A model generated the notes under the pieces. That model was not told the DNA's origin and made no database searches. It saw only the letters and a program-made list of their open reading frames with translations. DNA of 43,393 nt, taken from the NCBI GenBank assembly GCA_035650735.1, contig DASRGZ010000176.1, positions 1 through 43,393 of the forward strand. Direction: 5' to 3'. Positions 20,485-29,648 of this stretch are shown here, one piece after another (the stretch's first letter is position 1; each line of letters begins with the position of its first letter). This stretch comes from Chthonomonadaceae bacterium. GTDB lineage: Bacteria; Armatimonadota; Chthonomonadetes; Chthonomonadales; Chthonomonadaceae. The position numbers were made by a program, and so were the translations under genes.

Positions 20485-21522
20485 ATGCATGAAATCGTAG
20501 ACTTGCGAAGCGATACCGTCACGCGCCCGACGCCGGAGATGCGCCGCGCCATTGCCGAGGCGGAGGTCGGCGACGACGTATTTGACGACGACCCGACCAT
20601 CCATCGGTTGCAAGCGGTGGCGGCGGCGAAGATGGGCAAGGAGGCGGGGCTGTTCGTGCCTTCGGGAACGATGAGCAACGCCGTCGCTATCAAGACCCAT
20701 ACCAGGCCCGGCGATGAGATCTTGCTGGACACGCAGGCCCACTCCATGATCTATGAAGTCGGGATGCCCGCCACCATAGCCAATGTCCTGACCCGGCAAT
20801 TCCACTGCCGGCACGGCGTTCCCGATGTGGACGAGGTCGCGAGCCTGATGCGTACCGAGAACCTGCACGCGCCAGGCACGGCGCTGCTGGTCCTGGAGAA
20901 CACGCACAACCGCGCGGGCGGAGCCATTATCCCGCTGGAGGTGCATCAGGCGCTCTGGAAGCTGGCGCAGGAGCGTGGCGTGCGCGTGCACCTGGATGGG
21001 GCGCGGCTCTTTAATGCGGCGGTGGCGACCGGCATTCCGGCCTCGGAGTACGCCGCCTGCGCCGACTCGGTGACGTTCTGCCTCTCGAAAGGGCTGGGCT
21101 GTCCGGTCGGCTCCGTGCTGTGCGGCACGCAGGATTTCATTGCGCGGGCGCGGCGCGTGCGCAAGATGCTGGGCGGGGGTATGCGGCAGGCCGGGATACT
21201 GGCGGCGGCGGGCCTCTACGCGCTGGAGCACCATATTGACCGGCTGGCCGAGGATCACAGGCACGCGCGGCGGCTGGCGCAGGGCATCGCGCACGCCCCC
21301 GGCATCACGCTGGATACGGTGGATGTGCCGACGAATATGGTCTACATGACCACGCAGGCGCCGGCCCGCGCCTTCGCCGACCGGCTGGCTTCTGAGCACA
21401 AAGTCCTCGGCATCCCCACGGCTGCTAACCGTATTCGCCTGGTGACGCACCTGGACGTGGACGCCGAGGACATCGAGCGGGCCATCGCCGCCATCTGCGA
21501 CGTTGGCAGCCGGATGGCTTGA
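20485..21522 (+). CDS. ltaE: Low-specificity L-threonine aldolase (PLP)
   Basis: DLRSDTVTRPT, VGDDV, SGTMSN, LENTHN, HLDGARLFNA, CLSKGLGCPVGS, GGGMRQAG. Confidence 0.95.
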   Translation: MHEIVDLRSDTVTRPTPEMRRAIAEAEVGDDVFDDDPTIHRLQAVAAAKMGKEAGLFVPSGTMSNAVAIKTHTRPGDEILLDTQAHSMIYEVGMPATIANVLTRQFHCRHGVPDVDEVASLMRTENLHAPGTALLVLENTHNRAGGAIIPLEVHQALWKLAQERGVRVHLDGARLFNAAVATGIPASEYAACADSVTFCLSKGLGCPVGSVLCGTQDFIARARRVRKMLGGGMRQAGILAAAGLYALEHHIDRLAEDHRHARRLAQGIAHAPGITLDTVDVPTNMVYMTTQAPARAFADRLASEHKVLGIPTAANRIRLVTHLDVDAEDIERAIAAICDVGSRMA

Positions 21523-21560
21523 TTCCCCGGCAGGCTCAACCCTGCCGCATTCAGGCGGAG

Positions 21561-21798
21561 CAGGGTCCTTCGGTTTTCCGCCCCTCTCCGCCGGGCACGG
21601 AAAGTACCCGGCTATGGGGCCTAACGGCCAAGCGACTGCAAGGGACGGCGCTACGCTTGCTCGCGCCTTTGCCTTGCGACTGGCGGACGCGCCTGTCCCG
21701 CAGGAGTTTCCGTCCGAAGGACGCTTGGCGGCGCAGCCGCCCTCTAGAAGGGTACTTTCCGTGCCCGGCGGAGAGGGGCGGAAAACCGAAGGACCCTG
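21561..21798. mobile_element. Non-autonomous MITE-like element, 238 bp, with 49-bp perfect terminal inverted repeats
   Basis: CAGGGTCCTTCGGTTTTCCGCCCCTCTCCGCCGGGCACGGAAAGTACCC at 21561-21609 and its exact reverse complement at 21750-21798; AG on both flanks. Confidence 0.85.
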
Positions 21799-21808
21799 AG
21801 GGCGGAAA

Positions 21809-23590
21809 TCAGCGGGGGAAGACGACGGTGGCCGTGATGCCCTGGCCCGACGGATCGTTCTCCAGGGTGAAGGTGCCCTGCAGGTCCCCCCGCACCAGCG
21901 TCTCTACGATGCTTAGGCCCAGGCTGTTGGTATGGCGGGGCGTGAACCCCGCCGGCAGCGGCTCCCCATCGTTTTGCACGATCAGCCGCAGCTCCTTCTC
22001 GCACTCTTCTAGCTGGATATGAATACGGCCCTCGGAAAGCGTCCGGAACCCATGCTCCACCGCGTTCTGCACCAACTCGTTCAAGACCAGCGCTACCGAG
22101 GTCGCCTTCGCCAGCGGCAGCACAAAGTCGTCGCCCTCGACCTGCATGCGGATGGCCTTCTCCGGGGAGACCACGCTCTGCTGGGTGCCGTGCATCAGAC
22201 TCTCGGCCACCTTCTTGATGCTTACCGAGTCCAGGTCGTCCCGGCTTAAAAGCTCGTGGACGCTGGAGATAGCCAGGATGCGGCTGAGCGTATCGTTGAG
22301 AGCGTCTTCGACCGTCGTGTATTTGCTGAAGCGCATCTCCAGGCGCACCAGGCTGACGATCTGCTGGAGGTTGTTCTTGACCCGGTGGTGCATCTCCTGG
22401 ACGACCGCCGAGCGCACCAGCAGCTTGGCGTGCTCGATGGCCAGGGCCGCCTGGGTGCCCAGCGCCTGCAGAATGGCCAGCTCCTCGGCGCTGAAGGTGT
22501 GGACCTTCTCGGTGTAGCAGTTGAGCACGCCGATGACCTCGCCCTTGATCAGGAGCGGGATGCTGGCTATCGAGCGCACGCCCGCACGTTGGGCGATGTC
22601 GGGGAAGCGATACTCCGGGGCCTTCTGGACATCCTGAACGGTAATCACGCGCCGCTCGGCGACGGCCCGACCGGAGACACTTTCGCCGATCTTGAGGTTG
22701 GGCTTTTTGGCGTACTCCTTGCTGTCGGCCTGGGTGGCCTTGATGACCAGCTCGTCCTTCTCCTTATCCACGAGCATGACGGTGCAGATCTTGTAGCCCA
22801 TGGTGCGGGCGGTCATGGTGACGAAGAAGTGGAGCAGCTCCTCCAGGTACATATTGGAGGTGATGGCCTGGCTGACTTCCGAGAGCGAGTGGAGCTGAAC
22901 GGCGTGGCGCTCCAGTTGCCGGAAGCGGCGTGAGCGCTCAATGGCCCCGGCGACCTGGTTGGCGATGCCCGAGAGCAGGCGCACCTGGTTCTTGGTGTAG
23001 TCGCGGGGGCGGCGGGTGCGCACGTTGATAACGCCCAGGATTTCGCCGCGCGCCACCAGCGGCACGGAGAGCATAGACTCGTACTCGCCCTCCAGCATTT
23101 CGGGGAAGAACTTGAAGCGGTGGTCTTTATAGGCTTCCCGGCTGACCGAGACGGGCTTGCGCTCCCGGGCCACCCAGCCGGTGATGCCCTCGCCGAGCTT
23201 GAGGCGGATCTTGCCGATCATGTTGGAGAAGCTTTCGTCGGCGGCGCGCAGCACCAGCTCCTCCTTGTTCGAGTCGAACAAATAGACCTGGCAGGAGTCG
23301 GTGCCGGTGATGTGGACGGCGATATCGGCGGTGACCTTGAGCATCTCCTCCAGGTCGAAGGCCGAGCCGGTGGCCTCACCGACGCGGCGCAGGGCCTCCG
23401 CCTCGCCGCGCTTCTCCTCCAGCTCGCCACGCAGCCGATCAATGAGCACGGAGGCTTCGCGCAGCTGGCGGTCGCGCGCATCCAGCTCCTGCTGCAAGAG
23501 GGCGATATCCGGGTCGTCGCTGCGGCGGAGTGCGGCGAAGAGGCGGCGGGTGCGCCAGGGCGTTCGAATTCGGGTTAGACGGTCTTTCAT
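21809..23590 (-). CDS. Cytoplasmic sensor histidine kinase: coiled coil + 2 GAF + HisKA_2 + HATPase (PdtaS/EutW-like)
   Basis: QEMHHRVKNNLQ, LVLNELVQNAVEHG, NDG, SLGLSIV and two GAF repeats. Start is 23590 or 23689. Confidence 0.9.
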   Translation of the reverse strand: MKDRLTRIRTPWRTRRLFAALRRSDDPDIALLQQELDARDRQLREASVLIDRLRGELEEKRGEAEALRRVGEATGSAFDLEEMLKVTADIAVHITGTDSCQVYLFDSNKEELVLRAADESFSNMIGKIRLKLGEGITGWVARERKPVSVSREAYKDHRFKFFPEMLEGEYESMLSVPLVARGEILGVINVRTRRPRDYTKNQVRLLSGIANQVAGAIERSRRFRQLERHAVQLHSLSEVSQAITSNMYLEELLHFFVTMTARTMGYKICTVMLVDKEKDELVIKATQADSKEYAKKPNLKIGESVSGRAVAERRVITVQDVQKAPEYRFPDIAQRAGVRSIASIPLLIKGEVIGVLNCYTEKVHTFSAEELAILQALGTQAALAIEHAKLLVRSAVVQEMHHRVKNNLQQIVSLVRLEMRFSKYTTVEDALNDTLSRILAISSVHELLSRDDLDSVSIKKVAESLMHGTQQSVVSPEKAIRMQVEGDDFVLPLAKATSVALVLNELVQNAVEHGFRTLSEGRIHIQLEECEKELRLIVQNDGEPLPAGFTPRHTNSLGLSIVETLVRGDLQGTFTLENDPSGQGITATVVFPR

Positions 23591-23710
23591 AGATCCTCTC
23601 GGCCAGGAAACCGCACGGCTTGACTGCAAGACCAAACGTTCAACGGTTGGCGTTTGCCGCCTTACGCCATACGCGAGGAATGGCCGCATTCCTCCTTTTG
23701 AGCCGGTGGT

Positions 23711-24292
23711 TTATACGTTGTGGGCAATAATGATCGCCTCGGCGATCTCACGCATGGACTTGCGGGTATTCATGCTCTGCACCTGGATGCGGCGGAAGGC
23801 TTCCTGCTCCTTGAGGCCGTACTGATCCATCAGGATGCCCTTGGCGCGATCCACGGCCTTACGGGTCTCCAGCTTCTCCTCCATGTCGGCGGCCTGCTCC
23901 TCGATCTTGAGGAAGGCTTCCCAGCGGGCGACGGCGATCTCGATCTGGGGCCGCAGGTCAGCCTCTTTGAAGGGCTTGACCAGATAGGAGAAGACGCCTG
24001 CCTCCTTAGCGCGATTGATCAATTCGAGTTGGCTATAAGCCGTCAGCAATAGCACGGGGGCGATCTTCTCCTCCGTGATGATTTTAGCGGCATCAATGCC
24101 GTCTATTTCCGGCATTTTAATGTCCAGGATCACGGCATCCGGCTTGAGGTTGCGTGCCGCTTCGATAGCCTTGGCGCCATCTCCAGCCTCGGCGACGACA
24201 TCATAGCCGCAATCTTCCAGCATTTTCTTCAGATCAAGACGAATGATAGGATCGTCGTCGGCAATAACAATACGCAGCGGTTTCTCGCTCAA
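23711..24292 (-). CDS. Response regulator with ANTAR RNA-binding domain (PdtaR/EutV-like)
   Basis: IADDD, LDIKMP, YLVKPF receiver domain; LETRKAVDRAKGILM..EQEAFRRIQVQSMNTRKSMREIAEAII ANTAR domain; GGAGG SD before TTG 24292. Confidence 0.93.
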   Translation of the reverse strand: MSEKPLRIVIADDDPIIRLDLKKMLEDCGYDVVAEAGDGAKAIEAARNLKPDAVILDIKMPEIDGIDAAKIITEEKIAPVLLLTAYSQLELINRAKEAGVFSYLVKPFKEADLRPQIEIAVARWEAFLKIEEQAADMEEKLETRKAVDRAKGILMDQYGLKEQEAFRRIQVQSMNTRKSMREIAEAIIIAHNV

Positions 24293-24620
24293 AGTAGTCC
24301 TCCAAGACGGGTTAACAGGCAGACACAGCAGGGCGCCGTGTCGAGCGTTCTCTTGCAATCAAACAGACCGGCATCACGGGAAGCAATCTCAACCAGGAGG
24401 CCGATTCGACAAAGTCGAGCAATTGGCGGAACAAGGCAGGAAGCGGAAGTGAGGGCGCAGGTCAGGAGGCCGCACCACACACGAAGGACCAAGATAGAGG
24501 AGGGTCGGGGAGGTGACGCGCGCCACACGCCCTGCCAGGAGCATTCCCGTCGAAGCGGCGGCATCCTCCTCGATGCCGCACGGTTTTTGGTCGGCTTACG
24601 CCAACGAAGGCCAGGGTGGC

Positions 24621-24669
24621 TTGACGCTTTCTACCACCTATTATATAATAGTTTGCGTGCGTTTGTCAA
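24621..24669. promoter_or_regulatory. Bidirectional sigma70-type promoter with a shared palindromic -10 region
   Basis: Plus strand TTGACG(24621)-17-TATAAT(24644); minus strand TTGACA(24669)-18-TATAAT(24645); TATTATATAATA is a perfect palindrome. Confidence 0.75.
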
Positions 24670-24847
24670 AGCGTTTTTCGGCTCTCTCTTGTTTAGCGCA
24701 GGAGTTGTCGAATGCCTTGCCAGTAGATTTGCGCCCTGGCTCGCCAAAAGCAAACGTACCTGCAAGCGGTTCGTCACTCCCGTTAGCGCATCCGGCGCTG
24801 CCTTTTGTTGGCGCGCTCCCATATTGAAGTTTGGAGATCACGGGTCC

Positions 24848-25870
24848 TTGAAGAAGAATACGCCGCCTGATATGCCGTCTCTCCTGCCCTCGGCGCCGGA
24901 GGCATCCGCTTCCGGCACGCCTGCCGAAGAGAAGACGGCAGCTTCCCTTCCTCCCCTGGCGGCCGAACCGCCGCTGCATGCCAGGAACAGAGCTGAACGG
25001 GCTGAGGGCTGGCGCGCGCTCCTGCTCGGGCTGAGTTGTCTGCTTTTCTGGAAGGCGACGCTGCTTATCCCCTCCGGCCAGCCCGTCGTCGTCTGGACGA
25101 CGACGCTGCTCTATCTGCTGATTACCCTCTGCTTTACGGTACAGACGGCGCGCGCATTGCGCTCGCCCGCTTCGGTTGCGTTCAACCTCTGCCTCTCCGG
25201 CGCGCTGGCGCTGCCGAGCATCCTGGTTCCCCTTCTGGCGATGCGCTTCCCCGAATGGCACGGCTGGGTTTCCATCGGCCCCTTCTTCCTGTCCTACCAG
25301 CGGGCGCTAATGTTGGCGCCGGGTCTGCATGGCTTGCTGCTGATATGGTTTGCGACCAGTATTGGGGTGGGACTCTCCAGGGCCGTTCGGGAGGTCAAGC
25401 TGCTGCTGCCGATGGCGGTAGCGTTGGCGCTGGTGGATCTCTACGTCGTCTACTGGGGCGGGCTGGTGGCGCAGGCGACTTCCGGGCATAGTCAGATGGC
25501 GCAGGCCGCGATGCAGACGCTGACCGTCAAGATGCCCCGTCCCCTGACCCGGCATGGCGCGGCACCGATGGGGCTGGCGGTCGGTTTTGCGGATTTCCTG
25601 TTTATCGCTCTGTTCTTTGCCTGCTTCGCGCGATTCGGCATTCCCTCAGGCCGCACGTTTGGCGTGCTCTGTGGGGTGCTGGCGGTCTATATGCTGGCGG
25701 TAGGGCTGATCGGATGGGACTTGCCCGCGCTGGTGCCGGTTGGCGTGGTCGTCATTGGCCTGAACTGGCGCCGGTTCCGCTACGAGCGCAGCGAAGCCTT
25801 CGCGCTGCTCTACGCCGCCCTGATCGCGCTTGCTGTCGTGGCTGGGCTCTACTTCCTCTCCCACCGCTGA
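24848..25870 (+). CDS. Polytopic membrane protein with presenilin/signal-peptide-peptidase-like motifs
   Basis: About 9 hydrophobic segments; ALVDLYVV, VGFADFLF and LPALVP in the YD/GxGD/PAL order. Start is TTG 24848 or ATG 24872. Confidence 0.7.
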   Translation: MKKNTPPDMPSLLPSAPEASASGTPAEEKTAASLPPLAAEPPLHARNRAERAEGWRALLLGLSCLLFWKATLLIPSGQPVVVWTTTLLYLLITLCFTVQTARALRSPASVAFNLCLSGALALPSILVPLLAMRFPEWHGWVSIGPFFLSYQRALMLAPGLHGLLLIWFATSIGVGLSRAVREVKLLLPMAVALALVDLYVVYWGGLVAQATSGHSQMAQAAMQTLTVKMPRPLTRHGAAPMGLAVGFADFLFIALFFACFARFGIPSGRTFGVLCGVLAVYMLAVGLIGWDLPALVPVGVVVIGLNWRRFRYERSEAFALLYAALIALAVVAGLYFLSHR

Positions 25871-25930
25871 TACGGCCTCAGCCCCCATGCCCCTTCGGGT
25901 CACCCTCTCGCATGAGAATGCCTCTCCCCT

Positions 25931-26238
25931 CTGCCGGTGGACCTAACCCCCCGGCCCCCACTGCAAGGACGAGCGGCCTGCTTACGGGCCTGATGGTTGG
26001 GCCTGCCGGTGGACCTAACCCCCCCGGCCCCCACTGCAAGGGTCGGCGCTCAACGGTTCGCGCCACTGCCAGGGTCGGGCCTGCAATAATTCGGCCCTCC
26101 GCCTCGCGACACCTTGCGACCCTACAAGGGAAGGGGGGACCCGGCTTCTGCTCTCCCCTCTCGTTGTGCAGGAGAGGGGCCGGGGGTGAGGTTTCTCCCC
26201 TCTCCCGCAGCGTGGGAGAGGGGTTGGGGGTGAGGGCC
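25931..26238. repeat. Composite repeat array between convergent genes
   Basis: 38-bp direct repeat (25931-25968, 26003-26041), nested units 26033-26119 and 26065-26110, and REP-like palindromes. Confidence 0.9.
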
Positions 26239-26248
26239 ATTGGAGAAG

Positions 26249-27676
26249 TCACCGACGGACGGGCGTCTCCTCCCGAGGAGCTTCCAGGTCTGGGGGCGTC
26301 ACGAGCACCGTCGTGCCATCACGGTTGATTTGAGTCTCGGCAGGCGGCGCGGCATTCTCTTCCCCGACCTTCGGCTGCCAGGTCAGGCGCACCTGAGTGA
26401 TGCGCCTGCCGTCGGTGGCCTCGACGGTGAACTCCACGTTCTCCCAGGAAACATGCTCTCCCTGCTCGGCCTGGTGGCCCAGCAGGCTAAAGACGAAGCC
26501 GCCGATGGTATCGGCCTCCTCCTCCGGCAGTTCCAGCCCCAGCCGGTCGTTGACGTCGCTCAGGGCCATGCGGCCATCTACCAGGGCCATGTTGTCGGCG
26601 AGGATATCCAGCGTCGGCTCCTCTATATCATACTCATCCTGAATTTCGCCGACGATCTCCTCAAGTAGGTCTTCAATGGTCACGACGCCGACCACCGTGC
26701 CATACTCATCCTGGACGATCGCCATATGGGTGCGGCTGCGCCGCATCTCCGCCAGCAGGTAGCCCGCGCGCTTGCTTTCCGGAATCACGTAGGCCGGATG
26801 CATCAGCTCGCGCACATTGACGGTGCGCGAGCGGGCCAGGCTCCGCAGCACGTCTTTGGCATGGATCACGCCCAGGATATTATCCAGGGTCCCTTCATAG
26901 ACGGGCAGGCGCGAGTGGCCCGATTCGGAGATGACCCGGATGAGCTCCTCGGTGCCGGCGTTGACCTCGACCGCCGTGATGTCCAGGCGCGGCGTCATCA
27001 GCTTGCGGACGACGGTATCCTCAAAATCGAAGACGCCCGTGACCATGCGCTCCTGCTGCTCTTCCAGCAGGCCGGCCTCGGCGGTGGAGTGCACCAGCAG
27101 TTCGAGTTCATCCACGGAGTGGACGGCGGTATGCTCGCCGACGGGCTGCAAGCCAATGGCGCGCAGCACAAAGTTCCCCGCCATATTCAGCGCCAAGATC
27201 GCCGGACGGAAGATGCGCAGGAAGAGGTTGAGCGGCCCGGTCAGCAGCAGCGCCATGCGATCCGAGCGCTGGATCGCTACGCTCTTGGGGACGAGCTCGC
27301 CTAGAACGATATGGAAGGAGGTGACGATGGCGAAGGCGATGGCTAAGGCGAAGGCATGGGACGTAATCGCTGCGCCCTGGGCCGGCAGCCAGCGGCTAAA
27401 CAACGGATCGATCAGGTGCGCCACGAACGGTTCGCCGACGGACCCCAGCCCCAGCGAGGCCATCGTGATGCCCAGCTGCGTGCCGGCGATGCAGGTATCC
27501 AGCCGCGACAGTGCCCGCAGCACGCTCTGCGCCGAACGGCTGCCCTCGTTTGCAAGCTGCTCCATACGGCTGTGGCGAACGCTCACCAGCGCGAACTCCG
27601 CCGCCACGAAGAAGCCGTTCAGGAGCACCAGCGCCAGAACTGCCAGCAGCCCGAAACTCGAATTTAGGAAGCTCAT
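26249..27676 (-). CDS. CNNM/HlyC-CorC family transporter (DUF21-CBS-CBS-CorC)
   Basis: LNGFFVAAEFALVSVR, QLGIT, GELVPKS, MTPR, HSRLPVY, DEYG..GVVTIEDLLEEIVGEIQDEYD, DTIGG. Confidence 0.92.
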   Translation of the reverse strand: MSFLNSSFGLLAVLALVLLNGFFVAAEFALVSVRHSRMEQLANEGSRSAQSVLRALSRLDTCIAGTQLGITMASLGLGSVGEPFVAHLIDPLFSRWLPAQGAAITSHAFALAIAFAIVTSFHIVLGELVPKSVAIQRSDRMALLLTGPLNLFLRIFRPAILALNMAGNFVLRAIGLQPVGEHTAVHSVDELELLVHSTAEAGLLEEQQERMVTGVFDFEDTVVRKLMTPRLDITAVEVNAGTEELIRVISESGHSRLPVYEGTLDNILGVIHAKDVLRSLARSRTVNVRELMHPAYVIPESKRAGYLLAEMRRSRTHMAIVQDEYGTVVGVVTIEDLLEEIVGEIQDEYDIEEPTLDILADNMALVDGRMALSDVNDRLGLELPEEEADTIGGFVFSLLGHQAEQGEHVSWENVEFTVEATDGRRITQVRLTWQPKVGEENAAPPAETQINRDGTTVLVTPPDLEAPREETPVRR

Positions 27677-27703
27677 TCTCTTGTCTGCGCCCCGCCGTCC
27701 GTT

Positions 27704-27855
27704 ACCTAACCCCCCGTCCCCCATTGCTAGGGTCGGGGCTGCCATGGTTCGCCCCTCCGCCTAGCGACCCTACCCGCTCGTTCCTCGCTAGGGAAGGGGG
27801 GACCCAACTTCTGCTCTCCCCTCTCCTTTAGAAGGAGAGGGTACGGGGGTGAGGT
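27704..27855. repeat. Composite repeat array with imperfect terminal inverted repeats
   Basis: ACCTAACCCCCCGT...GTACGGGGGTGAGGT; single hairpin unit at 27723-27767. Confidence 0.88.
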
Positions 27856-27923
27856 CTTTAGCCGCCCGAAAACCTCGTCCCGTATCTCCTGGGTTCGACG
27901 GGGCAGCCGAGGATGTAGTTCCC

Positions 27924-29648
27924 CTATTCACGGATGGCCGGCTGTTCGGGCCGGTTGACCGGAGCGGCGACGGTCCCATCTCCCTCGGTGGGAGGAGGCT
28001 CGGGCGGGCGAATCACCCGTACCTTCTGTATCCGGCGGCCGTCGGTGGCTTCCACCTTGAATTGAATGCCGTCCCAGGTGGCGACCTCCCCCTGCTCGGC
28101 CTGGTGGCCCAGCAGGCTAAAGACGAAGCCGCCGATGGTATCGGCCTCCTCCTCGGGCAGTCCCAGCCCCAGCCGGTCGTTGACGTCGCTTAAGGGCATC
28201 TTGCCGTTGAGGATGGTCGTATGGGCGTTGATCACCTGCACCATCGGCTCCTCGACGTCATATTCGTCCTGGATGTCGCCGACGATCTCTTCAAGCAGGT
28301 CCTCGATGGTGACGACGCCCGTAATGGTGCCGTACTCATCCCGCACGAGTGCGATCTGCTGTTTGCTGCGGCGGAACTCGGCCAGCAGCTCGTCAATTTT
28401 TTTGGTCTCCGGGATGAAGTAGGGCGGGCGCATCACCTCCCGGATGGTGATCTGGGCGCGCGGCACGTCCGGCGGGAGCTTGAGCAGGTCTTTGGCGTGG
28501 ACGATGCCGACGATATTATCCAGGTCACCCTCGTAGACGGGCAGGCGCGAGTGGCCCGACTCGTTGATCAGGCGCACCAGTTCCGAAAGCGGGGCGCTGA
28601 CTTCCACGGCGGTAATATCTATGCGCGGCGTCATCACCTTGCGCACGACCGTGTCGGCGAAGTCCAGGATGGAGTGGATCATCTCCGTCTCCTGGGCTTC
28701 CAGAACGCCCTGCTCCTCACTGGCCTCCACCATCATCTTGAGCTCTTCTTCGTTGACGGCGGGCGTGGTGAAGCTGGCCGTGCCGCCCAGGGGGCGCACC
28801 ACAAGATTGGCGAGCCAGTCCAGGACGGCGACGATGGGTGAGAGCAGCACCTGCAGCCCATAGATAGGGCGCGCGGAGAGAAGCGCCAGGCTGTCGGGGT
28901 AGCGCACGGCCAGGCTCTTGGGCGCGATCTCTCCGACAACCAGCGTGAGGATGGCGACCGGCAGTGTGACCAGCACCAGCGCGATGGTATCGGCGGAGCG
29001 GGCCAGCGCCCCGCTGCTGTGGGCGCGCAGCCAGTAGGATAGCGGCGCGACGGCGCTCGTGGCCGCAATGGCCGACGAGAAGGCCGCGATCAGGGTAACG
29101 CCGGTCTGGATCGTCGCCATCAATCGGGTCGGCTGATTGAGCAGCCGCTCGACCAGTATGGCGCTGCGGTTGCCCTCCTCCACAAGCTGCCGCACGCGCG
29201 TCTTGCGTATGGTGATAAGCGCGATCTCGGCCATGGCGAAGAAGGCGTTGATGCAAATCAGGATGACGACGAGAATCAGTTCCAGGACGAGGCGACCCGG
29301 ATCAAAGTTGGGACCTGCTCCAGCGGGGCCTGCCGGCCCGTGCCCATTCGCGGCCACGCTGCCGCCCGTCTGCGCCAGGGGCAGACTGACCGCAGCCATC
29401 AGCAGCGCCGCGATGAGCAGGATCAGCCAGGGCAGCCGACTGAATGCGGAAGAGGTTTCGGGAAACGCGCGCGCGCTCGCAGCGAGGGCCATAGGGGACC
29501 CGGCAGGGCTGGAACCCATTCTCGGGTTCCATACCGGGCCTCTGCGGGCGCGGCGCTGACGTTCAGGAACGCCGTCGTGGTCGGATCGCTCCGATCCGGC
29601 GTGGTTAGAGGTCGTGTGTGAGTTCCGATTTCGTTTGTGGGTACGCAA
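27924..29648 (-). CDS. CNNM/HlyC-CorC family transporter, second paralogue
   Basis: INAFFAMAEIALI, GEIAPKS, MTPR, HSRLPVY, TIEDLLEEIVGDIQDEYD. Start uncertain (TTG 29648 or ATG 29519). Confidence 0.9.
   Translation of the reverse strand: MRTHKRNRNSHTTSNHAGSERSDHDGVPERQRRARRGPVWNPRMGSSPAGSPMALAASARAFPETSSAFSRLPWLILLIAALLMAAVSLPLAQTGGSVAANGHGPAGPAGAGPNFDPGRLVLELILVVILICINAFFAMAEIALITIRKTRVRQLVEEGNRSAILVERLLNQPTRLMATIQTGVTLIAAFSSAIAATSAVAPLSYWLRAHSSGALARSADTIALVLVTLPVAILTLVVGEIAPKSLAVRYPDSLALLSARPIYGLQVLLSPIVAVLDWLANLVVRPLGGTASFTTPAVNEEELKMMVEASEEQGVLEAQETEMIHSILDFADTVVRKVMTPRIDITAVEVSAPLSELVRLINESGHSRLPVYEGDLDNIVGIVHAKDLLKLPPDVPRAQITIREVMRPPYFIPETKKIDELLAEFRRSKQQIALVRDEYGTITGVVTIEDLLEEIVGDIQDEYDVEEPMVQVINAHTTILNGKMPLSDVNDRLGLGLPEEEADTIGGFVFSLLGHQAEQGEVATWDGIQFKVEATDGRRIQKVRVIRPPEPPPTEGDGTVAAPVNRPEQPAIRE

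Noticed and set aside
24338..24847. N-terminal 170 codons of the 510-aa ORF
   Set aside because: The stretch runs through the divergent promoter region and has non-protein-like composition; the real start is likely 24848 or 24872.
25714..26328. ORFs over repeat arrays (also 20105-20500, 42815-43231, 21519-22022)
   Set aside because: They are translations of stop-poor repeats with no independent coding evidence.
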